From positions 1-42,717 of the IMG/VR virus record IMGVR_UViG_3300045988_152067: a stretch of DNA of 42,717 bases. One strand, given 5' to 3'. Positions 5,781-13,443 of the stretch are shown piece after piece. The notes under the pieces are model-generated. The model ran no database searches. It had not been told where the DNA came from and saw nothing but the letters and a program-made list of their open reading frames with translations. The stretch comes from a virus. A program made the position numbers and the translations under genes. Every line of letters begins with the position of its first letter. The first letter of the stretch is position 1.

Positions 5781-8025
5781 AAAATTCCTCCAGTATTTTT
5801 ATCCATTCGGAATATTTATTGTAATACACATCATCAACCTTAAACCCAGAATGAATAAAGGTTAATTTTTGTATATTAGATTTTTTTACAAAATCATTAA
5901 ATATCATTTGTCTTATTGGAAAATCTACAATAAGACATTCCTGACTATTTATTACATCTTTGTAGGTTACTACATTTTCTTTTTTATACCTGTTAGTTCT
6001 AGCAACATAATATTTATCATCCGTTACTTTTTTTCTTTTCCCTGCAAACAAGTGCAGGTTTCTCGGAATAGTATTTGGATCTTTATTTCCTAAATTATCA
6101 AAAAGTTTTTCTTTTTCTTTTTCATATGCTAACAACTCTTTATCTGTAGGAGTAGCAGCATATCTTTTATCTAACTTAATATTTCTTTTTTTTACTCCAA
6201 TTGGATAATCTTTCAATAATTCATAATCAAAAGATTTATTTCTATATCTCCCATCATCAATAAAATCTAATAGAATCATGAAATCATTTAGATTATCAAT
6301 AATAGGGAAATACTCAAACACTAACTTATGGCTAGTTTGATGACAATAATGATGAGCACAATTATACGTTAAATCATTACGTTTTTTCACTCGCATACAT
6401 TCATCAAAAACTAGCAAATAATCATTATTTATCTTTTCTAGCAGTGGATAAAATGTACGATACATAATAATCTCACTATATTCAACAAACTCTGCATCAT
6501 ATTCTATTTTTTGCCATTTATCTGGATAAAATATGATTACATGTTTTATATTATTCTCTTTAACATAATTTTCAATTATAGTTTTTTTATCTGCATAACT
6601 ATAGCCGATATTTATTATGCCACTATTAAGATACATTTTTTTCATATCCTCCTCTTCAACAGTACGCCACCTATCTATTTCGTCTTTAAAAGACTTCAAT
6701 AGATTTTCTTTATTTATTAAACAATTTGCTATAAAAACATCTATGGTATATTTACAGCATATATCATAGATATTAACTATTTTTTCTTGCCCAATGCGGT
6801 GAATTCTATCTTCTGCCTGCAAGCGAGTTGCAAGGTCAAAATCGTTCGAGTAAAAAATTATGTTATGGCAAAATTGAAGATTTAACCCATAAGCACCACA
6901 TTGCTTATTGGCTAACATAAATTGAACATCATTTTTAAACTTTTCACGGTTCTCTTGTCTTTTCTTTTGACTTATTTTCCCTGTGAACTCAATATAATTT
7001 TTATTTTCACTTTGCAATAATAAAGCTATATCGTTTATTTCATCTTGGTATTTGGCAAAGATAATACATTTATCATTACCAATTTCTTCAAGGACTCTTT
7101 TTAAACATTGTATACGTGGATTATTTTCCCATGTATACATCTTTTCTGTACGCATCCGTTTTTCTGGTGCTGATAACACTCTCTTACCAGAAGTGATATG
7201 TTGCAATGCAGAAAAGAGTTTAAATATCGTTTCCGACCGCCAATCTACTACATTAAAAAGGAATAACTCTTTTGTTTCGTAATATTCCTCTTCTTGTAAA
7301 TCATCCAAACAAAAATATCGCATATGATATTCCTTTGGTTTAAGTTCTTTTAATACCTCATCTTTTTTTATTTGGTACATATATGGAGCTATCTTTTCTG
7401 TTAAATAGTCCACATTTAGAACTCTTATAATTTGGTCGGTCGTTATCTCTCTACCACTTGGAAGCCTTACTTTTTTATATTCCAAATGATTTGCAGCGAA
7501 ACTATAAAAAGACTTATATCCTAAAATCCGCCAATCTAAGATATACCATTGGGCGAATAAATCCGCCTCATTCTTAGATATTGGTGTACCATTTAATATC
7601 ATCTTGTATTTGCAAAAAGATGATATTGTTATTATTCTTTCCGTTCTTATAGCCAATTTATTTTTTACAAGGTTACTTTCATCAACAATCAGATAAACCT
7701 TATAATTTTTTACTAGCTCTAATAGCTGTAAATACAATCTGTCAGAACTAGACAAGCTTTCAATACCACGTATTATTATGTTGTTTTCCGTTGGTAAATC
7801 ACCTGTATGTTTTTCTATATCCTCTCTTAGATTGTTCTTTACTGAACATGGGCAAAGCCAAAGGATTACTTCAACTTTTCCTTTATCCAACTTCTTTCTA
7901 ACAATCTCTAAAGCTGTTCTTGTCTTTCCTGTGCCTTGCTCCATATACAAAGCACCAACTTTAAGCTTTGAAATCTTATCTACAGCTTTAGATTGATATT
8001 CATATAACTTTGTTTTCAAAATCAT
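5755..8025 (-). CDS. SNF2-family ATPase with an approximately 300-aa C-terminal domain of unknown function
   Basis: Walker A EQGTGKT, motif II LIVDESN, motif VI QAEDRIHRIGQ. I recognise no motif in residues from about 450 to 756. Confidence 0.85.
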   Translation of the reverse strand: MILKTKLYEYQSKAVDKISKLKVGALYMEQGTGKTRTALEIVRKKLDKGKVEVILWLCPCSVKNNLREDIEKHTGDLPTENNIIIRGIESLSSSDRLYLQLLELVKNYKVYLIVDESNLVKNKLAIRTERIITISSFCKYKMILNGTPISKNEADLFAQWYILDWRILGYKSFYSFAANHLEYKKVRLPSGREITTDQIIRVLNVDYLTEKIAPYMYQIKKDEVLKELKPKEYHMRYFCLDDLQEEEYYETKELFLFNVVDWRSETIFKLFSALQHITSGKRVLSAPEKRMRTEKMYTWENNPRIQCLKRVLEEIGNDKCIIFAKYQDEINDIALLLQSENKNYIEFTGKISQKKRQENREKFKNDVQFMLANKQCGAYGLNLQFCHNIIFYSNDFDLATRLQAEDRIHRIGQEKIVNIYDICCKYTIDVFIANCLINKENLLKSFKDEIDRWRTVEEEDMKKMYLNSGIINIGYSYADKKTIIENYVKENNIKHVIIFYPDKWQKIEYDAEFVEYSEIIMYRTFYPLLEKINNDYLLVFDECMRVKKRNDLTYNCAHHYCHQTSHKLVFEYFPIIDNLNDFMILLDFIDDGRYRNKSFDYELLKDYPIGVKKRNIKLDKRYAATPTDKELLAYEKEKEKLFDNLGNKDPNTIPRNLHLFAGKRKKVTDDKYYVARTNRYKKENVVTYKDVINSQECLIVDFPIRQMIFNDFVKKSNIQKLTFIHSGFKVDDVYYNKYSEWIKILEEFYVKADLYK

Positions 8026-8483
8026 ATAAATACCATCTTTAAATCATCTATTACCTTAGCTATATCGGCTAAAGTATATTTTTTCTCTTTAAACTTATTT
8101 AGACTTATGAGTTTTAATCTTTCTTTTAAATCGTCTAAATCGTAATTATAAAAAGGTTCTTCTGGATTATTTTTATAATATTTTATTTGGAATATTATAG
8201 CTGCTTTAGCTAGAATAAACGCTTCTTTTCTATTAAATGAAATATCTTCACTTGATACTTCATCTAGCAAAATAAATCCACTACGGAATTTATTTTGCTC
8301 TTTAATCATGTCTTTTAATTTTGATATGATTAAAGGCTCGAGGGCAGTGGGACGTGGTGAACGTCCCATTTCCCAAAACTCCCATGTAGATACTCCAACT
8401 CCTATTTTTTTAGCCATTTCTACCTGTGATAATCCTAATTCTAATCTTAATTTTTTTATTTCGTCTTTGAACAATTTAATCAT
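8022..8483 (-). CDS. XRE-type HTH protein
   Basis: LELGLSQVEMAKKIGVGVSTWEFWEMG helix-turn-helix. Start and stop overlap the neighbouring genes. Confidence 0.6.
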   Translation of the reverse strand: MIKLFKDEIKKLRLELGLSQVEMAKKIGVGVSTWEFWEMGRSPRPTALEPLIISKLKDMIKEQNKFRSGFILLDEVSSEDISFNRKEAFILAKAAIIFQIKYYKNNPEEPFYNYDLDDLKERLKLISLNKFKEKKYTLADIAKVIDDLKMVFI

Positions 8484-9483
8484 CCTTTAAATCTTCCAAA
8501 ACTTCCCTAGATGAATTTAAAATATCTTCTAGTTCTGTGTTTTGTTCTATTTTTATATTTGCTTCTTTTATACTTGTTTTTTTATGAGTTTTCTCTTCTT
8601 CTTCGGCTTCAGATAACAATTTTTCTGCTGGTGGTGTTATCTTAAAATCGTTCACTTTAGCGAAATCTCTTATTTCTGCATAATATCTTTCAGGAACAGT
8701 CATTCTGCCATTATCCCATTTAGCATGTGGGAGTCTTTTGGCTTTTCTGTATAACTCATCCCCATTAAAGAGAATGCTTATTTTATTATCACTCATATTT
8801 TTAGTTATCCAACGGAAACATTCTTTTTCATAGTCTCCGTTTATGGCTTTTTTGCGAATAGCTTCATCCCAAATTATGATTGGGACTCCAGCCAGTAAAA
8901 GTTTATTTCCGACTTCTGCTATTCGATCAATAACATCTCTTTTGTATGGCACTGTTTCACGATACCATACTTTACCAGACCAATCATAATGTAGACTTTT
9001 TACAGTGTTGATTACGATTTGGTCTTTTTCAGATTTTACTTTCACTTCATTATTTTCTTCATCAAAAATAATTTCTGCAACGACCTTAGTTTTTTGGTCG
9101 TTTGGATATGTTGTTGATGAAGATTTTGCTTCATCAATAACACTCTTTTCTTTTGGTTCTTCAAAATAAAGAGTGCTTTCGATTAGTCTCTTGAATTGAA
9201 GATAATCTTTTTCTCTATGTTCAATCCAAAAACTAGCTTTATCTTTAGATAAGATAAAGCGTTCAGCCTTTTTAATAACTTCTTCATCCATTTCAATGAA
9301 GTATAAGCCTTTTTTAGAATTGAAAGCATAATACATAATTAGGTTTCTTGTTACCTTAGCCCTAATTTTATTTGCCCATTCTACTTGTTTTGGGCTTCCA
9401 GATAATGGAGCAATTTTATCTAAATTATCGCTAAAATTTTCAGCTATATTCATTATTTCATCAGAAAACATTTCAACTTTCAT
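8476..9483 (-). CDS. Hypothetical 335-aa protein, first gene of the SNF2 operon
   Basis: Long ORF with AAAGGAG RBS and an acidic C-terminus. No motif recognised apart from GSPKQVEWANKIR. Confidence 0.5.
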   Translation of the reverse strand: MKVEMFSDEIMNIAENFSDNLDKIAPLSGSPKQVEWANKIRAKVTRNLIMYYAFNSKKGLYFIEMDEEVIKKAERFILSKDKASFWIEHREKDYLQFKRLIESTLYFEEPKEKSVIDEAKSSSTTYPNDQKTKVVAEIIFDEENNEVKVKSEKDQIVINTVKSLHYDWSGKVWYRETVPYKRDVIDRIAEVGNKLLLAGVPIIIWDEAIRKKAINGDYEKECFRWITKNMSDNKISILFNGDELYRKAKRLPHAKWDNGRMTVPERYYAEIRDFAKVNDFKITPPAEKLLSEAEEEEKTHKKTSIKEANIKIEQNTELEDILNSSREVLEDLKDD

Positions 9484-9506
9484 TTTTATTTATCTCCTTT
9501 ACTTTT

Positions 9507-9546
9507 CCCGCAAGCAAAGGTATACTTAAAGTATCTCGCTTGCGGG
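9507..9546 (-). promoter_or_regulatory. Long imperfect hairpin in the leader of the 8476..9483 operon
   Basis: 9-bp GC-rich arms cccgcaagc/gcttgcggg enclose an inner atact/agtat stem. Located 24 nt upstream of the start codon. Confidence 0.4.
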
Positions 9547-9564
9547 ATATTGACAATCACTTAT

Positions 9565-9600
9565 GAGCTTAGGTAGTGCCATTACCTAGGCTCTTTTTTT
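9565..9600 (+). terminator. Hairpin plus T7, oriented to stop + strand (antisense) transcription
   Basis: 11-bp stem gagcttaggta/tacctaggctc (the G-U is valid on + only) followed by T7. There is no T run on the - strand side. Confidence 0.5.
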
Positions 9601-9606
9601 ATTGTT

Positions 9607-9804
9607 TTAATCATGATAATTTGTTTTTTCAAATATCAATTTATCATTATCATAAATTGATAAACTCCATTCTTCTTGTCTACTTTCTTTTTCTGTTTCA
9701 CTTATTAATTCTTTAATTAAACTATTTGTACATTGTTCAGTATACTGTATAGCCGTATCAACTAATTTTCCATCACTATACCATTTTTGTTCTATCTTTA
9801 TCAT
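9607..9804 (-). CDS. Hypothetical protein
   Basis: 65-aa ORF abutting the upstream gene. Confidence 0.5.
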   Translation of the reverse strand: MIKIEQKWYSDGKLVDTAIQYTEQCTNSLIKELISETEKESRQEEWSLSIYDNDKLIFEKTNYHD

Positions 9805-10023
9805 TTATTTTTCCTCTTCTGATGTCCAAATAAAATCTGCAATTTGTTTTTGTTGCTCAGGTTCTATTACTTTTCCTTCAATTAATACATCTATTTTAAT
9901 AACCATAAATGTATCATTAAAGTTTTTAGTACTTTCATTAGCTAATATTTTTTTAGCTTCTTTTAAACTATTAGTTTCTTTTTTAAAACCATTTGTAGAT
10001 TTTACTATATATCTTGTTTTCAT
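9805..10023 (-). CDS. Hypothetical protein
   Basis: 72-aa ORF, tightly packed in the same three-gene operon. Confidence 0.5.
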   Translation of the reverse strand: MKTRYIVKSTNGFKKETNSLKEAKKILANESTKNFNDTFMVIKIDVLIEGKVIEPEQQKQIADFIWTSEEEK

Positions 10024-10024
10024 A

Positions 10025-10360
10025 TTATTTATCTCCTACAAACTCTTCTAAAACTCTTTTGTTTTTACCTATAACAAATAAATATTTCAACAATTTTGGA
10101 CAGTCATTTAAACAAATTGCTGTTTCTCTGTCCTCTTTTTTATTTTTTTTGGATGTAAATACCATAAAAGCCCCTTTTCTTCCAATTAAGCAAGATATAT
10201 AAGCTTCTACATTATCTGCAATATTTTTGCGATTAACATATACAGATACAATAACACTATATATATTATTTGTATCTTTTTCTCCTAATATAACTTTTAC
10301 TTTTGCCCCTCTTGAGCTTACAAATTTAAAAGTTCTTTTTACTTTAATACCTTTTCTCAT
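10025..10360 (-). CDS. Hypothetical basic protein
   Basis: 111-aa ORF with AGAGGGA RBS. First gene behind the consensus promoter at 10474-10502. Confidence 0.55.
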   Translation of the reverse strand: MRKGIKVKRTFKFVSSRGAKVKVILGEKDTNNIYSVIVSVYVNRKNIADNVEAYISCLIGRKGAFMVFTSKKNKKEDRETAICLNDCPKLLKYLFVIGKNKRVLEEFVGDK

Positions 10361-10383
10361 GTTTATCCCTCTTTATTTTTATT

Positions 10384-10437
10384 TTGGTTGCCACCCAATC
10401 ATAGGCTATAAATTTAAATACTTTGGTTGCTACCCAA
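10384..10437. promoter_or_regulatory. Two copies of a 15-bp imperfect palindrome TTGGTTGC(C/T)ACCCAA (operator candidates)
   Basis: Copies at 10384-10398 and 10423-10437, 39 bp apart, between the promoter and the start codon at 10360. Confidence 0.55.
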
Positions 10438-10473
10438 ATCTCAGCTATTAATTACTACATATCTTATGCTTTT

Positions 10474-10502
10474 ATTATACCCTCCTTGAGAGGGTATGTC
10501 AA
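10474..10502 (-). promoter_or_regulatory. Perfect consensus promoter TTGACA-17-TATAAT whose spacer is a 7-bp-arm palindrome
   Basis: Reverse complement reads TTGACA taccctctcaaggaggg TATAAT. taccctc/gagggta form the palindrome. Confidence 0.75.
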
Positions 10503-10526
10503 TAGAGTTTTAAATAAATATTTGAG

Positions 10527-10560
10527 CAAAAAAATAAGCCCTACCTTTATTGGTAGGGCT
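10527..10560 (-). terminator. Intrinsic terminator after 10565..11086
   Basis: 9-bp stem agccctacc/ggtagggct with a T-rich run on the - strand (ttattttttt). Confidence 0.8.
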
Positions 10561-10564
10561 TTAT

Positions 10565-11086
10565 TTATAAGAGCTTAGCATCATAATTTATACGCTGAAG
10601 CTTTTCTATTTCCTTAAGAATATATTTATATTCCTTAAAAGTATCTTTGTATAGTTCCTGGAACTTGATGTAATCAATGCATTGATGTTCTAACGTGTAA
10701 TGCATGCATGCTAGATATAATTCCATTGTGGATTCTTCCCATTTTTTCCAGTTTTGAAAAGTTTCTTTTAAGAAATTTTTTCTATATTCTATGGTTACTT
10801 GGTCTGGAGTATAACGCATAACTTCTTGCTGTTTAGATACTACCTGTAATTTTTCAAATTTAGGTGTTTCAAGTATCTTTCCATAATTTTGCAAGTAATA
10901 AAGTTGTGTTTCTTCAAAAGCTTCTTGTTCTTCTTTGGTTTGTTCTTTATGCTTTTTACTGTAGCAATCTAAGGAGCAGAAGGCATTAAATAGCATCATA
11001 TCATTGTGGAATATAACACCTTGCATTTGGTGTTCTAAAACTTTCTGATACATTGCTTCTTTGGTCCAAGATTTTGTATCTATCAT
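10565..11086 (-). CDS. Hypothetical helical protein (weakly possible ferritin-like four-helix bundle)
   Basis: 173 aa. Helical periodicity with paired E/H-rich segments (VLEHQ, YTLEHQ). No firm motif. Confidence 0.35.
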   Translation of the reverse strand: MIDTKSWTKEAMYQKVLEHQMQGVIFHNDMMLFNAFCSLDCYSKKHKEQTKEEQEAFEETQLYYLQNYGKILETPKFEKLQVVSKQQEVMRYTPDQVTIEYRKNFLKETFQNWKKWEESTMELYLACMHYTLEHQCIDYIKFQELYKDTFKEYKYILKEIEKLQRINYDAKLL

Positions 11087-11334
11087 GGTTTAATAGCCTC
11101 CTGTTTTGGATTTGTTGCAAGAATTGGATTAACTGCTTCTTGCGTTGGTGTTGTAGGTGGTATTGGATTCATTGCTTTATTTGCAACGTTCATCAGAGCT
11201 GTTGCTCCTGGAACTGCTTGATTTACTGCTATACTAGCCATGCTGTTTGCTATATTTTTACCTGTTTCTGTAAAAATAAAAAATCCAGCCAGAACACCTA
11301 TTAAAAAACTAGCTCCATTATTCATTTTATTCAC
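11083..11334 (-). CDS. Small membrane-anchored protein with a Pro-rich tail
   Basis: 83 aa with TM segment FLIGVLAGFFIF, then NPIPPTTPTQEAVNPILATNP. Confidence 0.5.
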   Translation of the reverse strand: MNKMNNGASFLIGVLAGFFIFTETGKNIANSMASIAVNQAVPGATALMNVANKAMNPIPPTTPTQEAVNPILATNPKQEAIKP

Positions 11335-11338
11335 CTCT

Positions 11339-11707
11339 TTAAGCTGTAGCTGTACCTGTTAATTGTGGTGGTACAAAAGCTGTTGGGCAAAGATTATTAG
11401 TTTTAACAGTAGCAGATGGTGTAGCAGTATTTGCACATAATACATAAATTCTTCTGCTTCTAATTTGATCTGCATATACTGGTTTACCACATTTATTAAT
11501 AAGAGTTAAAGTATTGGAACCATTAATAATATTAATTGGCAATACACCTGCACCACTTGGAATAGCTTGAGCAATTAATAAGCAGATTTTTTGGTTATCG
11601 TTAATGGTCATGGTAGGGATTGTGATTTGAAGTACAGAGCCACTAATAGCAACATTTGTGGAAGCTATTAAATTAGGGCAAACTTGACAATTATTGATAC
11701 AACTCAT
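11339..11707 (-). CDS. Cysteine-patterned 122-aa protein (possible secreted or structural subunit)
   Basis: N-terminal MSCINNCQVCPN plus five dispersed Cys. Beta-rich T/S/N/I composition. Own RBS AAGAGGTAA. Confidence 0.45.
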   Translation of the reverse strand: MSCINNCQVCPNLIASTNVAISGSVLQITIPTMTINDNQKICLLIAQAIPSGAGVLPINIINGSNTLTLINKCGKPVYADQIRSRRIYVLCANTATPSATVKTNNLCPTAFVPPQLTGTATA

Positions 11708-11731
11708 ATTTTATTACCTCTTTTCTAAATT

Positions 11732-11756
11732 AAAAAAGGCGGTTGTTACACCGCCT
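11732..11756 (-). terminator. Intrinsic terminator
   Basis: Stem aggcggt/accgcct followed by T6 on the - strand. Confidence 0.75.
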
Positions 11757-11784
11757 ATAAAATCACGTCTTTATTGACGGAGCA

Positions 11785-12321
11785 TTAGCAATTTGTACAA
11801 GAATTGCAATTTGTATTGTATGCATATCCAGGAGGAATTGGTGTGCCACAATTAATAAAACCTGCACCCCAATATGGTGGACGCTGTGGAATATTGCATG
11901 CTAACTGGGAAATTTTCTGGTCTAATGCAGTAAACATGCCTTCATTTGCTCTTTCGAGAGCATTAAATTTATTATCGTTATAAATTCTGTTTTCTAATTG
12001 TAAGTTTTTATTATTAGCTTCAGCCAACTTATCACGTAAGCCTTGGATTTGATAATAATCAATTTTATTTCCTAATGCACTAATACCAGCATTAGTCATT
12101 TCCTGTGTTTGACGTGCTGTTTGTTCGATTAAATATTGTGTTTTAGCACTATCAATAATTTCTTGTTTTTCAACCTGGCAATTAGAAGTACCACCGCAAT
12201 TATTGTAGCAATTACGATTACCAAAAAGACCTCCAAAACCGCCACCTGTAAACATCCAGAATAAAAGAATTAAGAAGATAATAAGTCCCCATCCACTCAT
12301 TCCTGTGTTTTTTTCATCCAT
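11785..12321 (-). CDS. Membrane-anchored coiled-coil protein with a glycine zipper and Cys-rich ends
   Basis: ATG at 12321 preceded by AAAGGAGTG (the track start at 12357 is TTG without an RBS). Motifs GWGLIIFLILLFWMFTGGGFGGLFG, NCYNNCGGTSNC and NTNCNSCTNC. Confidence 0.5.
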   Translation of the reverse strand: MDEKNTGMSGWGLIIFLILLFWMFTGGGFGGLFGNRNCYNNCGGTSNCQVEKQEIIDSAKTQYLIEQTARQTQEMTNAGISALGNKIDYYQIQGLRDKLAEANNKNLQLENRIYNDNKFNALERANEGMFTALDQKISQLACNIPQRPPYWGAGFINCGTPIPPGYAYNTNCNSCTNC

Positions 12322-12376
12322 TGAAAACACTCCTTTATAAATTTTTTTATTATACAAGCAAATTTTGCTGTATAAG

Positions 12377-12757
12377 CTATTTTAGTTGGCTTAGACCTCG
12401 TCTAAACTTATCTAAGCCATTTGTTGTTACTGGATTATTATTACCAGCCTGTCTATTAACCTGAATGGTGTTACCACCTGTATTTCCACCTGCTAAGGCA
12501 TCTATCTTCATTCGTATATCGTTTAAATTTATGCCTGCCATATTTGCTAAGACTGTAGCCATAGGATTATTCAATGCTCCTTTTACTTTGGCTAGAGTTG
12601 TAGAATTTATACCAGCTTGTTGTAATAAATTAATTGCATCTTGCTGTGTATTAACGTTTTTGGCCATATTGCTTGCTGGTCCCCACGCTTGTTGCAATTT
12701 GCTTGCCTGCTGTGGATTTAATTTCATCATTTGTGCTATTACTTGCGGATTTAACAT
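12377..12757 (-). CDS. Hypothetical Q/N/G-rich protein
   Basis: 126 aa. A strong RBS, GAGGGG, lies 7 nt upstream of the ATG at 12757. Confidence 0.5.
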   Translation of the reverse strand: MLNPQVIAQMMKLNPQQASKLQQAWGPASNMAKNVNTQQDAINLLQQAGINSTTLAKVKGALNNPMATVLANMAGINLNDIRMKIDALAGGNTGGNTIQVNRQAGNNNPVTTNGLDKFRRGLSQLK

Positions 12758-13070
12758 TTTTTAACCCCTCTATTTCTTTATTCATTTCTTCTATTTTTGC
12801 CGATAACGCTAAATTTTGCTGATTATTATCTTTTATTTGCTGTAACAGCTCTTGCATGAGTTTACTTTGTTCTTGTTGTATTTGTTCTGGTGTCTTTTCT
12901 GGAACTATTACACCTAACTCTACTAATTTGTTGTAATATTCTTCTGTTATTTTGTTTAAATCCTCATAGGCTTTATTTGTTACACCGATTACAGTTTTAT
13001 TTCCGTATAAGTCTTTATCACAAATTTTGTCGCCTTCAATTACATATTGTCTAAAATTTTCATACATCAT
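12651..13070 (-). CDS. Hypothetical coiled-coil protein
   Basis: ATG at 13070 with GGAG 8 nt upstream (the track start at 13088 is TTG). Its 3' end overlaps the next gene by 107 nt. Confidence 0.5.
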   Translation of the reverse strand: MMYENFRQYVIEGDKICDKDLYGNKTVIGVTNKAYEDLNKITEEYYNKLVELGVIVPEKTPEQIQQEQSKLMQELLQQIKDNNQQNLALSAKIEEMNKEIEGLKNVKSASNSTNDEIKSTAGKQIATSVGTSKQYGQKR

Positions 13071-13166
13071 GTTTTTTGCTCCGTTCAACTTCGTTATTTT
13101 TAGTATAAATATTTTTTATTTTTAAAAAGATTAAATAAAAGTGTAATAAAAATTAAAAAAAGGCAT

Positions 13167-13194
13167 AAAAAAAGAAGCTACCCTAAGGTAGCTT
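13167..13194 (-). terminator. Intrinsic terminator
   Basis: 8-bp stem aagctacc/ggtagctt followed by T7 on the - strand. It overlaps the stop of 13193..13432. Confidence 0.75.
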
Positions 13195-13432
13195 ACTTTT
13201 GTTTTAGAACCTTGCTAACAGCATCATAAATTTGCGTTAGGTTATATTTTATTGTTTCTGGTGCTACATGTAATCTATTAGCTATTTGGAATACATGTTT
13301 ATTTTTAAAGATTTTTAGATATAATATTTTAATTTGTATTTCTGTTATTTTAGCTTCTCTTAAGATTTTCTTATAATCTTTTAGAGTTGCTGTTTTTAAG
13401 AATTGTCTTGCAATCTTTCTACTTTCTAACAT
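13193..13432 (-). CDS. Small HTH regulator (LuxR/GerE-like or sigma region 4-like)
   Basis: 79 aa. ITEIQIKILYLKIF...FQIANRLHVAPETIKYNLTQIY fits the tetrahelical LuxR/sigma-r4 HTH pattern. Confidence 0.5.
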   Translation of the reverse strand: MLESRKIARQFLKTATLKDYKKILREAKITEIQIKILYLKIFKNKHVFQIANRLHVAPETIKYNLTQIYDAVSKVLKQK

Positions 13433-13443
13433 ACGAAACCCCT

